Origin: Eledone cirrhosa
Taxonomy: Eukaryota
NCBI GenBank assembly: GCA_964016885.1
Contig: OZ024749.1
Span: 42,904,001 to 42,968,000 of the forward strand
Direction of reading: 5' to 3'
DNA: 64,000 nt
Positions 46,139 to 61,091 of the stretch are shown here, one piece after another. Position numbers and translations under genes: made by a program. Each line of letters opens with the position of its first letter. Position 1 is the stretch's first letter. The notes beneath the pieces were generated by a model that ran no database searches, was not told the origin of the DNA, and worked only from the letters and a program-made list of their open reading frames with translations.

Positions 46139-46746
46139 TCTCGTATAAGTTAATTTCTAGAATATATGAAATAAAACAAAAGCAAAAACTACAAAATAAG
46201 TAAATATATTAATTATAATTATTATTTAAAATGACATATAAACTTTCAAAAACATACGTAAATTAAATCATTTTAATTAATTAAAATCTTTGCAAAATAT
46301 ATATTTTAGTAATATTATATTATATGAGTTCAAATCCCGCCGAGGTTAACTTTGCTTTTCATCCTTATGGGGTCGATAAAATAAAGTACCAGTAATGCAT
46401 TGCGTTAGTTCCTGGCCTTGTGCCATAAGTAGAACGAATTATATTATATTATATTATATTATATTGTATTGTATTATCCAAGATATATATAAAGTTTAAG
46501 AAGTATGTGGGAGGTAAACATTTTCAGTGTGTTTATACAATGGAGCAAAAAACAGTTTCGCATGAATGATCCGTATGTAATAATAGTATTATAAAGAATA
46601 TTATATATATATATATATAAAGAATATTATATATATATATATATAAAGAATATTATATATATATATACATACAAAGTATATTACATATGTACATATAAAG
46701 TATATTATATATATATATATACAAAGTATATTACATATATACAAAG

Positions 46747-46783
<37 letters not shown>

Positions 46784-46793
46784 ATGTTATATA

Positions 46794-46827
<34 letters not shown>

Positions 46828-47009
46828 GAAGTATTTCCGTCAGAAGGGTACAGAAAAAAAGAGTGCTCTATGTATTTCAAATCCATATTTAATAAATACA
46901 CCATGTTTTTTATTCATTCTGACGACTGAAGACAGACACAACATCTGTCTTCAAGAAACCAGTGGTAAATGAAATAATTATCTTATGTTGTTTATTACAT
47001 AACTAACAC

Positions 47010-47048
<39 letters not shown>

Positions 47049-47881
47049 AAGTATATTATATATATATATGAAGTATATTATATATATATATATATACAGT
47101 GTTATATAGAGATATCCCACATCTTACAACTGTTAAGTAAACACTACGTTAAGCAATACTTAATAAATGCCACAATTTTGAAAATAAACTTTTCTAGTTT
47201 CCAAAACTTTGTTTTCGTCTTATTGGTTTTTGTTGTTTGTTTCTAGTTTTTTTTTTTTTACCTGTCAACACTCGACTTTCCTTCTACTCATTTCCCCTCT
47301 CTCTCTTATACTACGTCTCCTTCTTTCTCTTTCTACTTTTCTTTCTTTCTCTCTACCTTTCCTTCTCTTTGTTTTTATTTCTCTTTTTCTCCGTCTCTCA
47401 TCTCAGCTATTCTCTCTAGTTATCGATCTAGTTATCAATCTATTTCTCTCTCTCTCTCTCTCTCTCTCTGTCTACTACACCTTCCTCTTCTCTGGCCACC
47501 TCTCTCTAGTTATTTATATATCTCTCTCTCCCTCTCTCTAGCTATCTATGTATTTATCTCTCTGTTTTTAACTCCCCCCCCCTCTCTCTCTCTCTAGCTA
47601 TTTATCTTTTTCTATCTCTCTCTCTCTGTGTCGATCTCTCCCTCTCTCTCTCTAGCTATTAATCTATAGCTATTTATCTGTTTATCACTCAATCTATCAC
47701 TCATTCTTTCGCTACCCCTGTCTTTCTATCGCTCTCCCCCTCTCTCTCTCACTCTCTCTCACTCTCTCTCTCCCTCTCTCTACATGTTTGCCGTGTAAGT
47801 GAACGAGCGTAAAAAGTTTACGGGAGTAAAAATGCGTGAGATCTCATGAGAGGCTGTGATTGAACGTGTGCAAGCTAGTGT

Positions 47882-47912
<31 letters not shown>

Positions 47913-47977
47913 CGAATGTATGTTGGTATATATATATATATATATATATATACATACATGTATGCGAATGTATGTGG

Positions 47978-48012
<35 letters not shown>

Positions 48013-48172
48013 AACATACATTCGCATACACACACACATATATATATATATATATGTACATGTATGCGAATGTATGTGGTTATATATATATATATATATA
48101 TACCAACATACATTCGCATACACACACACACACGCACATATATATATATATACATGTATGCGAATGTATGTT

Positions 48173-48231
<59 letters not shown>

Positions 48232-48492
48232 CATATACGATGTAAGTTATATATTCTGCACTCAGCCTCACCGCTATGTCCGGGTCAGTATAAAATCTTT
48301 TCCTGGCTCCTGTATTTTCGTTGCTTTAGTGATCCGGCTGGACTGCCGACCGCTATATCTGATTTGCTAAGCTGTCTGAACGTAATGTTATTACTCTGGG
48401 GTCTTTCCTCATCTGAGTGCTCAAGCTACAGACCGATTATGCATATACGCTAGCTTGGCCGTATTCTAAAGCTTCGTCAATGCTGTACTAAA

Positions 48493-48550
<58 letters not shown>

Positions 48551-48725
48551 ATGCGAATGTATGTGGGTATATATATATATAGATATATATATATATATAG
48601 ATATATATAGGTAAGTTATTCACGGTTGGATCGGAGGTAACCGCAGTAAGTAAGGTACTCAATTCATAGCAGAGTATAACAGTTTTAATATGCGAATGTA
48701 TGTGGATGTATGCGAATGTATGTGG

Positions 48726-48757
<32 letters not shown>

Positions 48758-48911
48758 ATGCGAATGCATGTGGGTATATCTCTCTCTCTATATATATTTA
48801 TATATATATAGTAATAATAATAATTGCCAGCGAACGTTTCCACGAACCAAAGTATCGTCTTCCTGTCTTCCTCCGGTTGCAACGTTTTTTGAAATATCCA
48901 GTTCTGCGTTT

Positions 48912-48987
48912 ACAGATTGACTTTGTTAGTTTCAGAAGATCCCGTTAAGGGTGAAAGCAGCGATTCTTTGCTTAAACTTTAATCTGT
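48912..48987 (+). ncRNA. Hammerhead-like motif with variant core CAGAAGA (family B)
   Basis: acagattga..agttt-CAGAAGA(48933)-t ccc gttaa ggg t-GAAA-gca gcgattctt tgc-TT-aaact ttaatctgt. Confidence 0.65.
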
Positions 48988-48994
48988 TATTTTA

Positions 48995-49037
<43 letters not shown>

Positions 49038-49339
49038 TTTGGCTCTGAGCCAGCCCTATCCCAGTGGCCCTATGACTACTATTATTAATGCTTCTCTAGC
49101 TACTATAACGACACTGTCCCTTTAGTGCTTCTCAGGTCTCCATTCTATCCATGTATTACTGAGAAGTAGACGGCAGAGGTTTGTGATTGAAGTCATATTC
49201 GGATTATTTATGTGAGTGTGAGGGAGAGCGGAGCACACTCTTTGCAGGGGTTTCCCTCGTATTTGCGCTCTCTCTCTTATGATTATCTCACACTCATACA
49301 CGCACACACTGTCTTTCTTTCTTTCTCTCTCTCTCTCAG

Positions 49340-49389
<50 letters not shown>

Positions 49390-49578
49390 TAAAATAACAG
49401 ATTAAAGTTTAAGCAAAGAATCGCTGCTTTCACCCTTAACGGGATCTTCTGAAACTTTTAATAAATATTTGCTCTGCGGTTCTTATATATTTGATATATA
49501 TTTATCCTTATCGAGCCCTCTTTGGATTTTGGTCTTCAAATTTATTATTATATATATATGTATATGTACATGTACATG

Positions 49579-49645
<67 letters not shown>

Positions 49646-49926
49646 CATCTTGTTTTTGTGTGACACACAAAAACAAGATGGCGTAGGACAGAACAAAGGA
49701 GAGGCACAAAAAACAAAGTAAAGAACCCCCAGTCACTGAAGAGGTCACAGAATGTGTGACAAAAGAACTTTGACAATATATAAACAGCCATCTGGTTGTG
49801 GAACCAACCAACCAACCGGAAATTTATAAATTCGTAAATTTATAAATTTATTATAATAAATTGAAGTGAATGCAACTGGTGCGTGTGTTTCTTATTGGCA
49901 ACATGACCCTCCCAATGTATAACAAT

Positions 49927-50026
49927 ATATATATATATATTATATATATATATATTATATATATATATATATATATAATATATATATATATATAATATAT
50001 ATATATATATAATATATATATATAAT

Positions 50027-50090
<64 letters not shown>

Positions 50091-50133
50091 TATAATATAT
50101 ATATATTATATATATATATATATATATAATATA

Positions 50134-50171
<38 letters not shown>

Positions 50172-50242
50172 TATATTATATATATATATATATATATAAT
50201 ATATATATATTATATATATATATATATATAATATATATATAT

Positions 50243-50309
<67 letters not shown>

Positions 50310-50326
50310 ATATAATATATATATAT

Positions 50327-50391
<65 letters not shown>

Positions 50392-50524
50392 ATATATATA
50401 ATATATATATATTATATATATATATATAATATATATATATATATAATATATATATATATATAATAGATATATATATATATATATATAATATATATATAAT
50501 AGATATATATATATATATATAATA

Positions 50525-50572
<48 letters not shown>

Positions 50573-50586
50573 GATATATATATATA
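49927..50586. repeat. ~660-bp almost pure A/T microsatellite with phase shifts
   Basis: (TA)n interrupted by AA/TT. Confidence 0.95.
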
Positions 50587-50719
50587 ACGAAGGAAGGAAG
50601 TGCGGTAAGGAACTAGGTGGACATAACGTACCAGAGTGTACTCGACACTTAGTGTGTTAGAGAGAGGGTAATAGGAGAAGAGTTCGGATCTAGCCGTCGA
50701 AACGACCGGAGCTCAGCCG

Positions 50720-50804
<85 letters not shown>

Positions 50805-51180
50805 TGTTATACTTTGGGAGGGTCATGTTGCCAATAAGAAACACACGCACCAGTTGCTTTCACTTCAATTTAATTTAATATATATTTATAAATTTACAAA
50901 TTTATAAATTTCTGGTTGGTTGGTCTGCTTGCAAGGGTGTATATATATTAAACAAACAAAACATAAGAGACAATTTTTACACGCTAATATTAGGTTCACG
51001 CCTGTTGTAAATATATGTGTGTGTTTGTGTGTGTGTGTAATTGTTTTTGTTTATGTTTTGACGATTGAAAATGTAGTAAAGGACACAAATATATTCGGTT
51101 GTATCGTATTACAATAGGACAAGTCCATTCATATATATATATATATATATATATAACAAAACGAGGTCTCATATTAAAGT

Positions 51181-51222
<42 letters not shown>

Positions 51223-51225
<3 letters not shown>

Positions 51226-51493
51226 GAGTGTATATTTAATTTTTTGGGATTTAACAAGCTTAAAACATTTTATAACTGATATAAAGCACTCAACTGCGCA
51301 GTGGAGTAAATACACAATATATTAAAACTATCCAGGAAGCTCCAACCGTTAAGGTTGTCTTTTTTCCGGGTATGTGACTATTTATTTATAAAACAAATCT
51401 GTATTTTATCTGATGAAAGCGCACCATAATTTGCCTTGGTTGCCCTTGAAATATATATAATAAAATAAATATGGTTTTATAAATATAGTTTCC

Positions 51494-51501
<8 letters not shown>
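51223..51501. mobile_element. (TA)n-embedded HHR element, family D, 5'-inverted
   Basis: Homologous to 61134-61480 and 63501-63748. The 3' end is on the minus strand and the HHR-bearing 5' part is on the plus strand. Confidence 0.7.
51385..51483 (+). ncRNA. Type I hammerhead ribozyme motif (family D)
   Basis: tattttat-CTGATGA(51410)-aag c gca cca/tgg t tgc c ctt-GAAA(51448)-tatata-TA-ataaaata. Distal stem I tttataaaac/gttttataaa. Confidence 0.8.
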
Positions 51502-51544
<43 letters not shown>

Positions 51545-52190
51545 TCACATTTTCCCTGAGTTCAGTCTTTTTCGTCGCTATGGTCACTGCGGCCCTTCTA
51601 TCGGTCGCTGTCTTCATTTTGCAAAGCTGTCTAAACGTAATGTTATAACTCTAGGGTTATATACCCTATCGAGTGCTTAGCTGCACACCGAAACTGCATT
51701 CGTTTGCTTGGCTGCAACCATGGCTTTGTTGATGCTGTACTAAATTTTGTATTATTATCTCCTAGAATTAACCATTAATTTAATTAGACAATTCTATTGA
51801 TAGATTAATTGTTTATGTTTATATATATATATACATGTGATTATCGCTAAATATTGATGTTGATTTGGTTATCAATATTAACATTATTGGGCACCGACTG
51901 AAGAATTATAAGAACCCACTTGAATAAGTATCTGTTGATCTTATACAAGCTTCTACATAAATTGGTATAATTTCACCCAACTTGTAGAAATCTTATAGTG
52001 AAACGAGACGTCCGTCTGGGATGAGATATATTTGATATATCTCATATGAAATGATACAGCCAATTTTCCACACAATACAATTTGTTAGCACCCCAAATGT
52101 TTAATTAGGAATATACTCAGGTATTTCCTAATGTTTGTTGAGTGAGTTGGGATTTGGCCGGAGTATCGCTATTAGCTTTCTCCAATTATG

Positions 52191-52232
<42 letters not shown>

Positions 52233-52374
52233 AGTCTCGGGTTCAATCAGGGGAAACCACAGTAAGTAAGGTACTCAATACGTTAGTGGACTGCAAACAT
52301 CAAGTTTAATAAAGAAATGTCTTCTTTTGAATGAAACAGTACTAGTCCTGTAGAAGCCATTTTTATATTAAACA

Positions 52375-52436
<62 letters not shown>

Positions 52437-52540
52437 GTGTGTGTGTTAATTATTTACAGCTGATGCCACGACTAGTTTAAACTCCTTCTTTCTTGTTGTT
52501 TGTTTCGTTTTAGTGGGTTTCTCTCTCTGAACAAACTATC

Positions 52541-54290
52541 ATTAGTAGCAGCACTAGTTGCAACTGCAGCAGTAGCAGCACTAGTTGCAACTGCAGCAGT
52601 AGCAGCACCACTCTCAGCAGCAGTAGCAGCACTAGTTGCAACTGCAGCAGTAGCAGCACCAGGCTCAGCAGTAGCAGTAATGACACCAGGCTCAGCAGTA
52701 GCAGTAGCAGCACTAGTTGCAACTGCAGCAGTAGTAACACCAGGCTCAGTAGCAGCAGTAGCAGCACTTGTTGCAACTGCAGCAGTAGCAGCACTAGTTG
52801 CAACTGCAGCAGTAGCAGCACCACTCTCAGCAGCAGTAGCAGCACTAGTTGCAACTGCAGCAGTAGCAGCACCAGGCTCAGCAGTAGCAGTAATGACACC
52901 AGGCTCAGCAGTAGCAGTAGCAGCACTAGTTGCAACTGCAGCAGTAGTAACACCAGGCTCAGTAGCAGCAGTAGCAGCACTTGTTGCAACTGCAGCAGTA
53001 GCAGCACCACTCTCAGCAGCAGTAGCAGCACTAGTTGCAACTGCAGCAGTAGCAGCACCACTCTCAGCAGCAGTAGCAGCACTAGTTGCAACTGCAGCAG
53101 TAGCAGCACCACTCTCAGCAGCAGTAGCAGCACTAGTTGCAACTGCAGCAGTAGCAGCACCAGGCTCAGCAGTAGCAGTAATGACACCAGGCTCAGCAGT
53201 AGCAGTAGCAGCACTAGTTGCAACTGCAGCAGTAGTAACACCAGGATCAGTAGCAGCAGTAGCAGCACTTGTTGCAACTGCAGCAGTAGTAACACCAGGC
53301 TCAGTAGCAGCAGTAGCAGCACTAGTTGCAACTGCAGCAGTAGTAACACCAGGCTCAGTAGCAGCAGTAGCAGCACTAGTTGCAACTGCAGCAGTAGTAA
53401 CACCAGTCTCAGTAGCAGCAGTAGCAGCACTTGTTGCAGCTGCAGCAGTAGTAACACCAGGCTCAGTAGCAGCAGTAGCAGCACTAGTTGCAACTGCAGC
53501 AGTAGTAACACCAGGCTCAGTAGCAGCAGTAGCAGCACTTGTTGCAACTGCAGCAGTAGTAACACCAGGCTCAGTAGCAGCAGTAGCAGCACTAGTTGCA
53601 ACTGCAGCAGTAGTAACACCAGTCTCAGTAGCAGCAGTAGTGACACCAGGCTCAGCAGTAGCAGCACTAGTTGCAACTGCAGCAATAGTAACACCAGGCT
53701 CAGTAGCAGCAGTAGCAGCACTAGTTGCAACTGCAGCAGTAGTAACACCAGGCTCAGCAGTAGCAGTAATGACACCAGGCTCAGCAGCAGCAGTAGCAGC
53801 CCTAGTTGCAACTGCAGCAGTAGTAACACCAGGCTCAGCAGTAGCAGTAGCAGCACTTGTTGCAACTGCAGCAATAGTAACACCAGTCTCAGTAGCAGCA
53901 GTAGCAGCACTAGTTGCAACTGCAGCAATAGTAACACCAGTCTCAGTAGCAGCAGTAGCAGCACTAGTTGCAACTGCAGCAGTAGTAACACCAGTCTCAG
54001 TAGCAGCAGTAGCAGCACTAGTTGCAACTGCAGCAGTAGTAACACCAGTCTCAGTAGCAGCAGTAGCAGCACTAGTTGCAACTGCAGCAATAGTAACACC
54101 AGGCTCAGCAGCAGCAGTAGCAGCACTTGTTGCAACTGCAGCAATAGTAACACCAGGCTCAGTAGCAGCAGTAGCAGCAGTAGCAACAGTAGTCTCAGTA
54201 GCTGCAGCAGTAGCAGCACAAGTTTCAATTGCAGCAGCCGTAGTAGCAGTACCTGTAGTATTAGTAGTAGTGTACACACAGCATCTATAG
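52541..54290. repeat. Trinucleotide-derived (GCA/GTA) minisatellite, 33-39-bp units
   Basis: Repeated gcagcactagttgcaactgcagcagtagtaacaccaggctcagta, with several frames open. Confidence 0.9.
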
Positions 54291-54399
54291 CAGCGGCACG
54301 TGAAGCAGCAGCAGCAGTAGATGTAGCAGTAGTACTAGTAGCAGTACTATCAGCAGCAACAGTACTAGTTGTAGTTGAAGTAGTAGTAGTAGCAGCAGC

Positions 54400-55841
54400 A
54401 CTAGTAGCAGTAGCATACACAACACATCAGCAGTAGTAGCAGTAGTAGTAATATACACAACAGCAGCACTAGTAGCAGTAGTATACACAACAGCAGCAGC
54501 AGTAGTAGCAGTAGTAGTAATATACACAACAGCAGCACTAGTAGTAGTATTAGTATACACAACATCAGCAGCAGTAGTAGCAGTAGTAGTAATATACACA
54601 ACAGCAGCACTAGTAGTAGTATTAGTATACACAACAGCAGCAGCAGTAGTAGCAGTAGTAGTAATATACACAACAGCAGCACTAGTAGTAGTATTAGTAT
54701 ACACAACATCAGCAGCAGTAGTAGCAGTAGTAGTAATATACACAACAGCAGCACTAGTAGTAGTATTAGTATACACAACAGCAGCAGCAGCAGTAGCAGT
54801 AGTATTAGTATACACAACAGCAGCAGCAGTAGTAGCAGTAGTAGTAATATACACAACAGCAGCACTAGTAGTAGTATTAGTATACACAACAGCAGCAGCA
54901 GTAGTAGCAGTAGTAGTAATATACACAACAGTAGTAGTAGTAGTAGTATTAGTATACACAACAGCAGCAGCAGTAGTAGCAGTAGTAGTAATATACACAA
55001 CAGTAGTAGTAGTAGTAGTATTAGTATACACAACAGCAGCAGCAGTAGTAGCAGTAGTAGTAATATACACAACAGTAGTAGTAGTAGTAGTATTAGTATA
55101 CACAACAGCAGCAGCAGTAGTAGCAGTAGTAGTAATATACACAACAGTAGTAGTAGTAGTAGTATTAGTATACACAACAGCAGCAGCAGTAGTAGCAGTA
55201 GTAGTAATATACACAACAGTAGTAGTAGTAGTAGTATTAGTATACACAACAGCAGCAGCAGTAGTAGCAGTAGTAGTAATATACACAACAGTAGTAGTAG
55301 TAGTAGTATTAGTATACACAACAGCAGCAGCAGTAGTAGCAGTAGTAGTAATATACACAACAGTAGTAGTAGTAGTAGTATTAGTATACACAACAGCAGC
55401 AGCAGTAGTAGCAGTAGTAGTAATATACACAACAGTAGTAGTAGTAGTAGTATTAGTATACACAACAGCAGCAGCAGTAGTAGCAGTAGTAGTAATATAC
55501 ACAACAGTAGTAGTAGTAGTAGTAGTATTAGTATACACAACAGCAGCAGCAGTAGTAGCAGTAGTAGTAATATACACAACAGTAGTAGTAGTAGTAGTAT
55601 TAGTATACACAACAGCAGCAGCAGTAGTAGCAGTAGTAGTAATATACACAACAGTAGTAGTAGTAGTAGTATTAGTATACACAACAGCAGCAGCAGTAGT
55701 AGCAGTAGTAGTAATATACACAACAGTAGTAGTAGTAGTAGTAGTATTAGTATACACAACAGCAGCAGTAGTAGTAGTAGTAGTAGTATTAGTATACACA
55801 ACAGCAGCAGCAGTAGTAGCAGTAGTAGTAATATACACAAC

Positions 55842-55872
<31 letters not shown>

Positions 55873-56439
55873 TACACAACAGCAGCAGCAGTAGTAGCAG
55901 TAGTAGTAATATACACAACAGCAGCACTAGCAGTAGTATTAGTATACACAACAGCAGCAGCAGTAGTAGCAGTAGTAGTAATATACACAACAGTAGTAGT
56001 AGCAGTAGTAGTAATATACACAACAGCAGCACTAGCAGTAGTATTAGTATACACAACAGCAGCAGCAGTAGTAGCAGTAGTAGTAATATACACAACAGCA
56101 GCACTAGCAGTAGTATTAGTATACACAACAGCAGCAGCAGTAGTAGCAGTAGTAGTAATATACACAACAGTAGTAGTAGTAGTAGTATATACAACTAAAG
56201 CAACTCTAGTAGTAGTAGCCCTAGAAACACCAATAGTTGCTGTATTAGTGTTAGTAGTGCTAATTACAACACCAACATTACAAGTAGTAGTAGTAGTAGT
56301 AGTGTTACTATAGTAGTAGTAGCGGCAGCTGTAGTAGCGGCAGTAGTAGTAGTGGTAGTAGTAATAGTAGTAGTAGTAGTAATAGTAGTAGTAGTAGTAG
56401 TACTAGTTGAAGTAGTATTAGTAGTAGTAGTAGTAGTAA

Positions 56440-56471
<32 letters not shown>

Positions 56472-56519
56472 GTAGTAGTAGTTGAAGTAGTAGTAGTATT
56501 AGTAGTAGTAGTAGTAGTT

Positions 56520-56559
<40 letters not shown>

Positions 56560-56570
56560 CAGCAGTGATT
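54400..56570. repeat. Trinucleotide-derived minisatellite (~60-bp higher-order unit) grading into (GTA)n
   Basis: Repeated gtattagtatacacaacagcagcagcagtagtagcagtagtagtaatatacacaaca. Confidence 0.9.
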
Positions 56571-58270
56571 ATGATTGTTGTTCATGGAAAAAAAGTTGTA
56601 GTTTTTGTTGTTGTAGATGTTGTTGCTGTTTAGCCCTAGGCCAACCACACTCTAGCAGACCTATGATCAAAACCATTCAGTCACGTGATCAAATCCTATG
56701 TAGGGGGCGACTAAGTCTCCACCATGAAAATATGGAACGCCGTTTCTGAGAGGTAATTGAGAGAGATTTGGTTGCTATTTCTAACAAAGCCAGTAGCGGG
56801 GGTGGCGGGGTAATTATAGTGATAGCAGTAGAGGTGATGGTGGTGGTGGTGGTGGTAGTAGCAGAGTACTAGTTGTATTACTAGTAGTAGTAATAGGTGA
56901 GGGTGGTGGTGTGGTGGTGGTGGTGGTAGTACTAGTTGTATTACTAGTAGTAGTAATAAGTGAGGATGGTGGTGGTGGTGGTGGTGGCGGTAGTACTAGT
57001 TATATTACTAGTAGTAGTAATAAGTGAGGATGGTGGTGGTGGTGGTGGTGGCGGTAGTAGCAGTAGTACTAGTTGTATTACTAGCAGTAGTAATAGGTGA
57101 GGGTGATGTGGTGGTGGTAGTAGCAGTAGTACTAGTTGTATTACTAGCAGTAGTAATAGGTGAGGGTGGTGGTGGTGGTAGCAGTAGTAATAGCAGCGGT
57201 GGTGGGGTGGTCATGGCAGTAGTAACAGTAGTACTAGTAGTATTGCTAGTAATAGTAATAGGTGAGGGTGATGATGATGATGATGATGGTGGTGACAGTA
57301 ATAACAGCAGCAGCAGCAGTGGTGCTGGGGTGGTTATGACAGTAGTAGCAGTAGTACTAGTTGTAGTAATAGGTGAGGGTGGTGGTGGTAGTGTTGTTGT
57401 TGCTGCTGGTGGTGGTGGTGGTGGGGGTGGGGGTGGTATGTCGCTGCTGCTTTTGTTCTAGTTTTAGACATTGTTGTTACTGTTGTTATTGTTGCTGTTG
57501 TTGTTGTTGTTGTTGTAGGTGTTGTTAGTGGCATTGTTACTGTTGTTGTTACTGTTGTTATTGTTGTTGTTATTGTTGTTGTTACTGTTGTTATTGTTGT
57601 TATTGTTACTATTATTGTTGTTATTGTTGTTGTTATTGTTGTTGTTATTGTTGTTGTCGTTATTGTTGTTGAGGTTGGTGGTGGTGTTATTGTTTCATTA
57701 TTGTTGCTGTTATTGTTATTGTTGTTGTTATTGTTGTTGTAATTGTTGTTGTTATTGTTGTTGTTATTGTTGTTGTTATTGTTGTTGTTATTGTTGTTGT
57801 TATTGTTGTTGTTATTGTTGTTATTGTTGTTGTTATTGTTGTTGTTATTGTTGTTGTCGTTATTGTTGTTGAGGTTGGTGGTGGTGTTATTGTTTCATTA
57901 TTGTTGCTGTTATTGTTATTGTTGTTGTTATTGTTCAAATCCCTTCGAGGTGAGCTTTGCCTTTCAGCCTTACATGATCGATGAAACCTCATAACAGTAA
58001 TGCACTGGGGTCAAGTTAATTGACTCCCCTCCCCCAAATTGTTGAAACCAGCATAACCATCATTAATTCATTTTTTAATTTACTGTTACCAGTGGGGTAG
58101 ATTATTGACGTCCCCGAGGGTGGCCGAAATACAGAAATCCCAGAGACCCGATCAGGGTTTAACACGGTCCAGGTTCCTATCCAGTCATCGAAGCTAAAGG
58201 GGCCGAGCCCGATCACTAAACAGCTGAGCGGTTGGGACACCTTAATCCTTTAACATTTAAACTACTACTC

Positions 58271-58305
<35 letters not shown>

Positions 58306-58641
58306 GCTGCTGCTGCTACTGCTACTACTGCAGCTGTAACTGCTGCAGCTGATGATAATTATACTGCTTATGCTGCCACTATTGTTACTGTTGTTATTGG
58401 TACACGTGTTGTTGTTGTTACTGTTGTTGTTGTTGGTACTCTTGTTGTTGTTACTGTTACTATTGTTTTTGCTATGTTACCAAAGTTTTCTGATGACTGA
58501 TCCAGACGTATATTATTGTCTGGGATCCAGAAACCTTTGGTAATGGAGAAGTTATATTTAGTGCTGTTCACTTTCTAATTAAATAGCTCTGTTCTATACA
58601 TAGAGCCCTCTTTTTTCCTTTGCTTTTCCTTCGGAATTACC

Positions 58642-58724
<83 letters not shown>

Positions 58725-59220
58725 CACGCAGCCGATGTCTCGGACGTTTACGAAGCACTGAGGGAATAAGGTTGATATAAATAGTGCGCTCGCTCATGCT
58801 CAGAGATGCTATAAAATAGCTTATGAAATAGGGCAGGCATGGGCAACCTATTTTGAGAAGCGGCCGGCAAGAGGTAATTTACATTCGTGCCCACATTAAA
58901 AAAAAAGAGGGCAGTAACTCAGGTTGTTTAGATTTGTTTCTTCAGAATTCGTCCATGTTGTTTTCCTCGATCGTAAAAATGATAGAAAGATAAATTACGA
59001 TTGAAAAGTTAGGGTAAAAAAATTAGAAAGATTTCCCTTAGGTGACTTAAGCGAGTCATTCAGAAAGCTTCGCGGGTCGTAGGTTGCCTATGAAATAGGG
59101 TGAAGACCCTAAAGACGGAAAAAGAAGTCACCATTGGCCGCCATCGATGGCGAATACTTTGTCTATATTTAAGTGTTTTATAACATCTCCGCGCCCGAGC
59201 AGAGCGCTCTTTATATATAT

Positions 59221-59268
<48 letters not shown>

Positions 59269-60309
59269 GTGTGTATGTATGTGTGTGTGTGTGTGTATTG
59301 ATAACAAATATGTGTAAGTACATTGGATCATTTGTCTTAATGGAAGTTAGACGACAAGAAAAATACACAATTAAACAGTCTTGACAGTTTCATACACGAA
59401 CTTGATCCACGATTTGAATCATACCAGTGGCAGTTGGAAGTATATTTCTCATGAAATCCTTTTCTTTACAGAAAGAAAACTTAAAGAAGTGTAAAATAAC
59501 GAGATTGGAGCTGACAATGGTTTTGAAAATGAAGACCAGTATAACAAATTCAATACCTATGTATATATTCAGAATAAATATATACATAAAAGCCTGCTGA
59601 TTAATCGGAAAGTTTTTATATATATATATATATGAATGTGTATTTGTATATACAATTAAATAAGGCTGAGATATATATGAAGCATATCACTTGCAGTATC
59701 AAGTGTGCAACTCCTCAATTCAGACTCAACAGTATTCAGTTTCCATGTAGCAGGTAATCCTTCGGTGCCTTCCTAGTTATTCTTATACACACATACACAC
59801 ACACACACATATATATAAAGGTAAAAAAAAGTACAACTACATGCATAGACTTACACTAAAACTAACTTACATGTAAATACCTCAACGGATAGACATGTAT
59901 ACGTGTGGAGATATATTTACATTGTCGTCTTTATTGAAATAGAAAGCTACATAACCCAATGACCCAGTATTCACAGGTATAAATGTAAAGTTTTCGAATA
60001 CACACACACACACACACCCATTACACACACACACAGACATATATATATTTATATCTATATCTATATATATATGTATAATGCATAAGTACATCATTAAAAT
60101 CTTAACGCTTTATATTATATAGGGCGGTGTATTGGTAGTTTCGGTGGAGCGCCAGACACCATGCTTAACAGCATAGAGTTAAGGCCCTTTACGTTCTGAG
60201 TTCAAATCCCGCCGAGGCTAACTTTGCCTTTCATCCTTACGTTGTCGATAAAATAAAGGACCAGTAATGTACTGAGATAATTGCTGGCCTTGTGCCAAAA
60301 GTAGAAACA

Positions 60310-60351
<42 letters not shown>

Positions 60352-60481
60352 AACGAGTAGGACCCCGACGGCTTGAGCTCAGCCGTCGGGGTCCTACTCG
60401 TTCCTATTACCCACTACTACCCTAAGTATTGAGTACTTTGGTGCGTTATGGTCCACCTGGTTCCTTACCACATTTCCTTCG

Positions 60482-60517
<36 letters not shown>

Positions 60518-60761
60518 GTGTGTATGTGTAAGTGTGTGTGTGTGTCTGTATATGTTTGTGTGTGAGTGTATAAAAAGATACATAGACACATGTAGTGTGT
60601 ATATATATTTATATATTTATTTCTATAATTCCAGCTTCCAACAGATGTCTTTGCTGGAATGTTTTTGATGTTTGCAGGAAATTTCCAACCGTAACGATAT
60701 TATTTAGACAGTCAGTACACCTGTTATTCTGATGATATCGCACCGGAAATTTCACGTCAGC

Positions 60762-60872
<111 letters not shown>

Positions 60873-61091
60873 ACACACACAGACACACACACACACACAC
60901 ACCACACACACATATATATATATATCACTTTCTGTTGCTTAAACCATTTTGTTTGTTTACCCTAGCGTCCCCTTTATTTACGTGTCTCAACGACTTTTTT
61001 TAGCCGTTGCTCGCACCAACCTGAGGTATATGGCCTTTAAAGCGACGAAATGCCTACGACGGTTGGAAGGCCACTGATGAAGGACAAACTT

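Noticed and set aside
48245-48497. (TA)n-embedded repeat homologous to 51545-51752
   Set aside because: A real dispersed repeat with a gagtgct motif, but no convincing HHR core could be read, so it is left unassigned.
58085-58255. GC-richer island, possibly a LINE 5' region or structured RNA
   Set aside because: Single copy, no diagnostic motif confirmed.
59300-59600. Unique island with a 65-aa minus-strand ORF
   Set aside because: No recognisable domain and no consistent splice-site pair.
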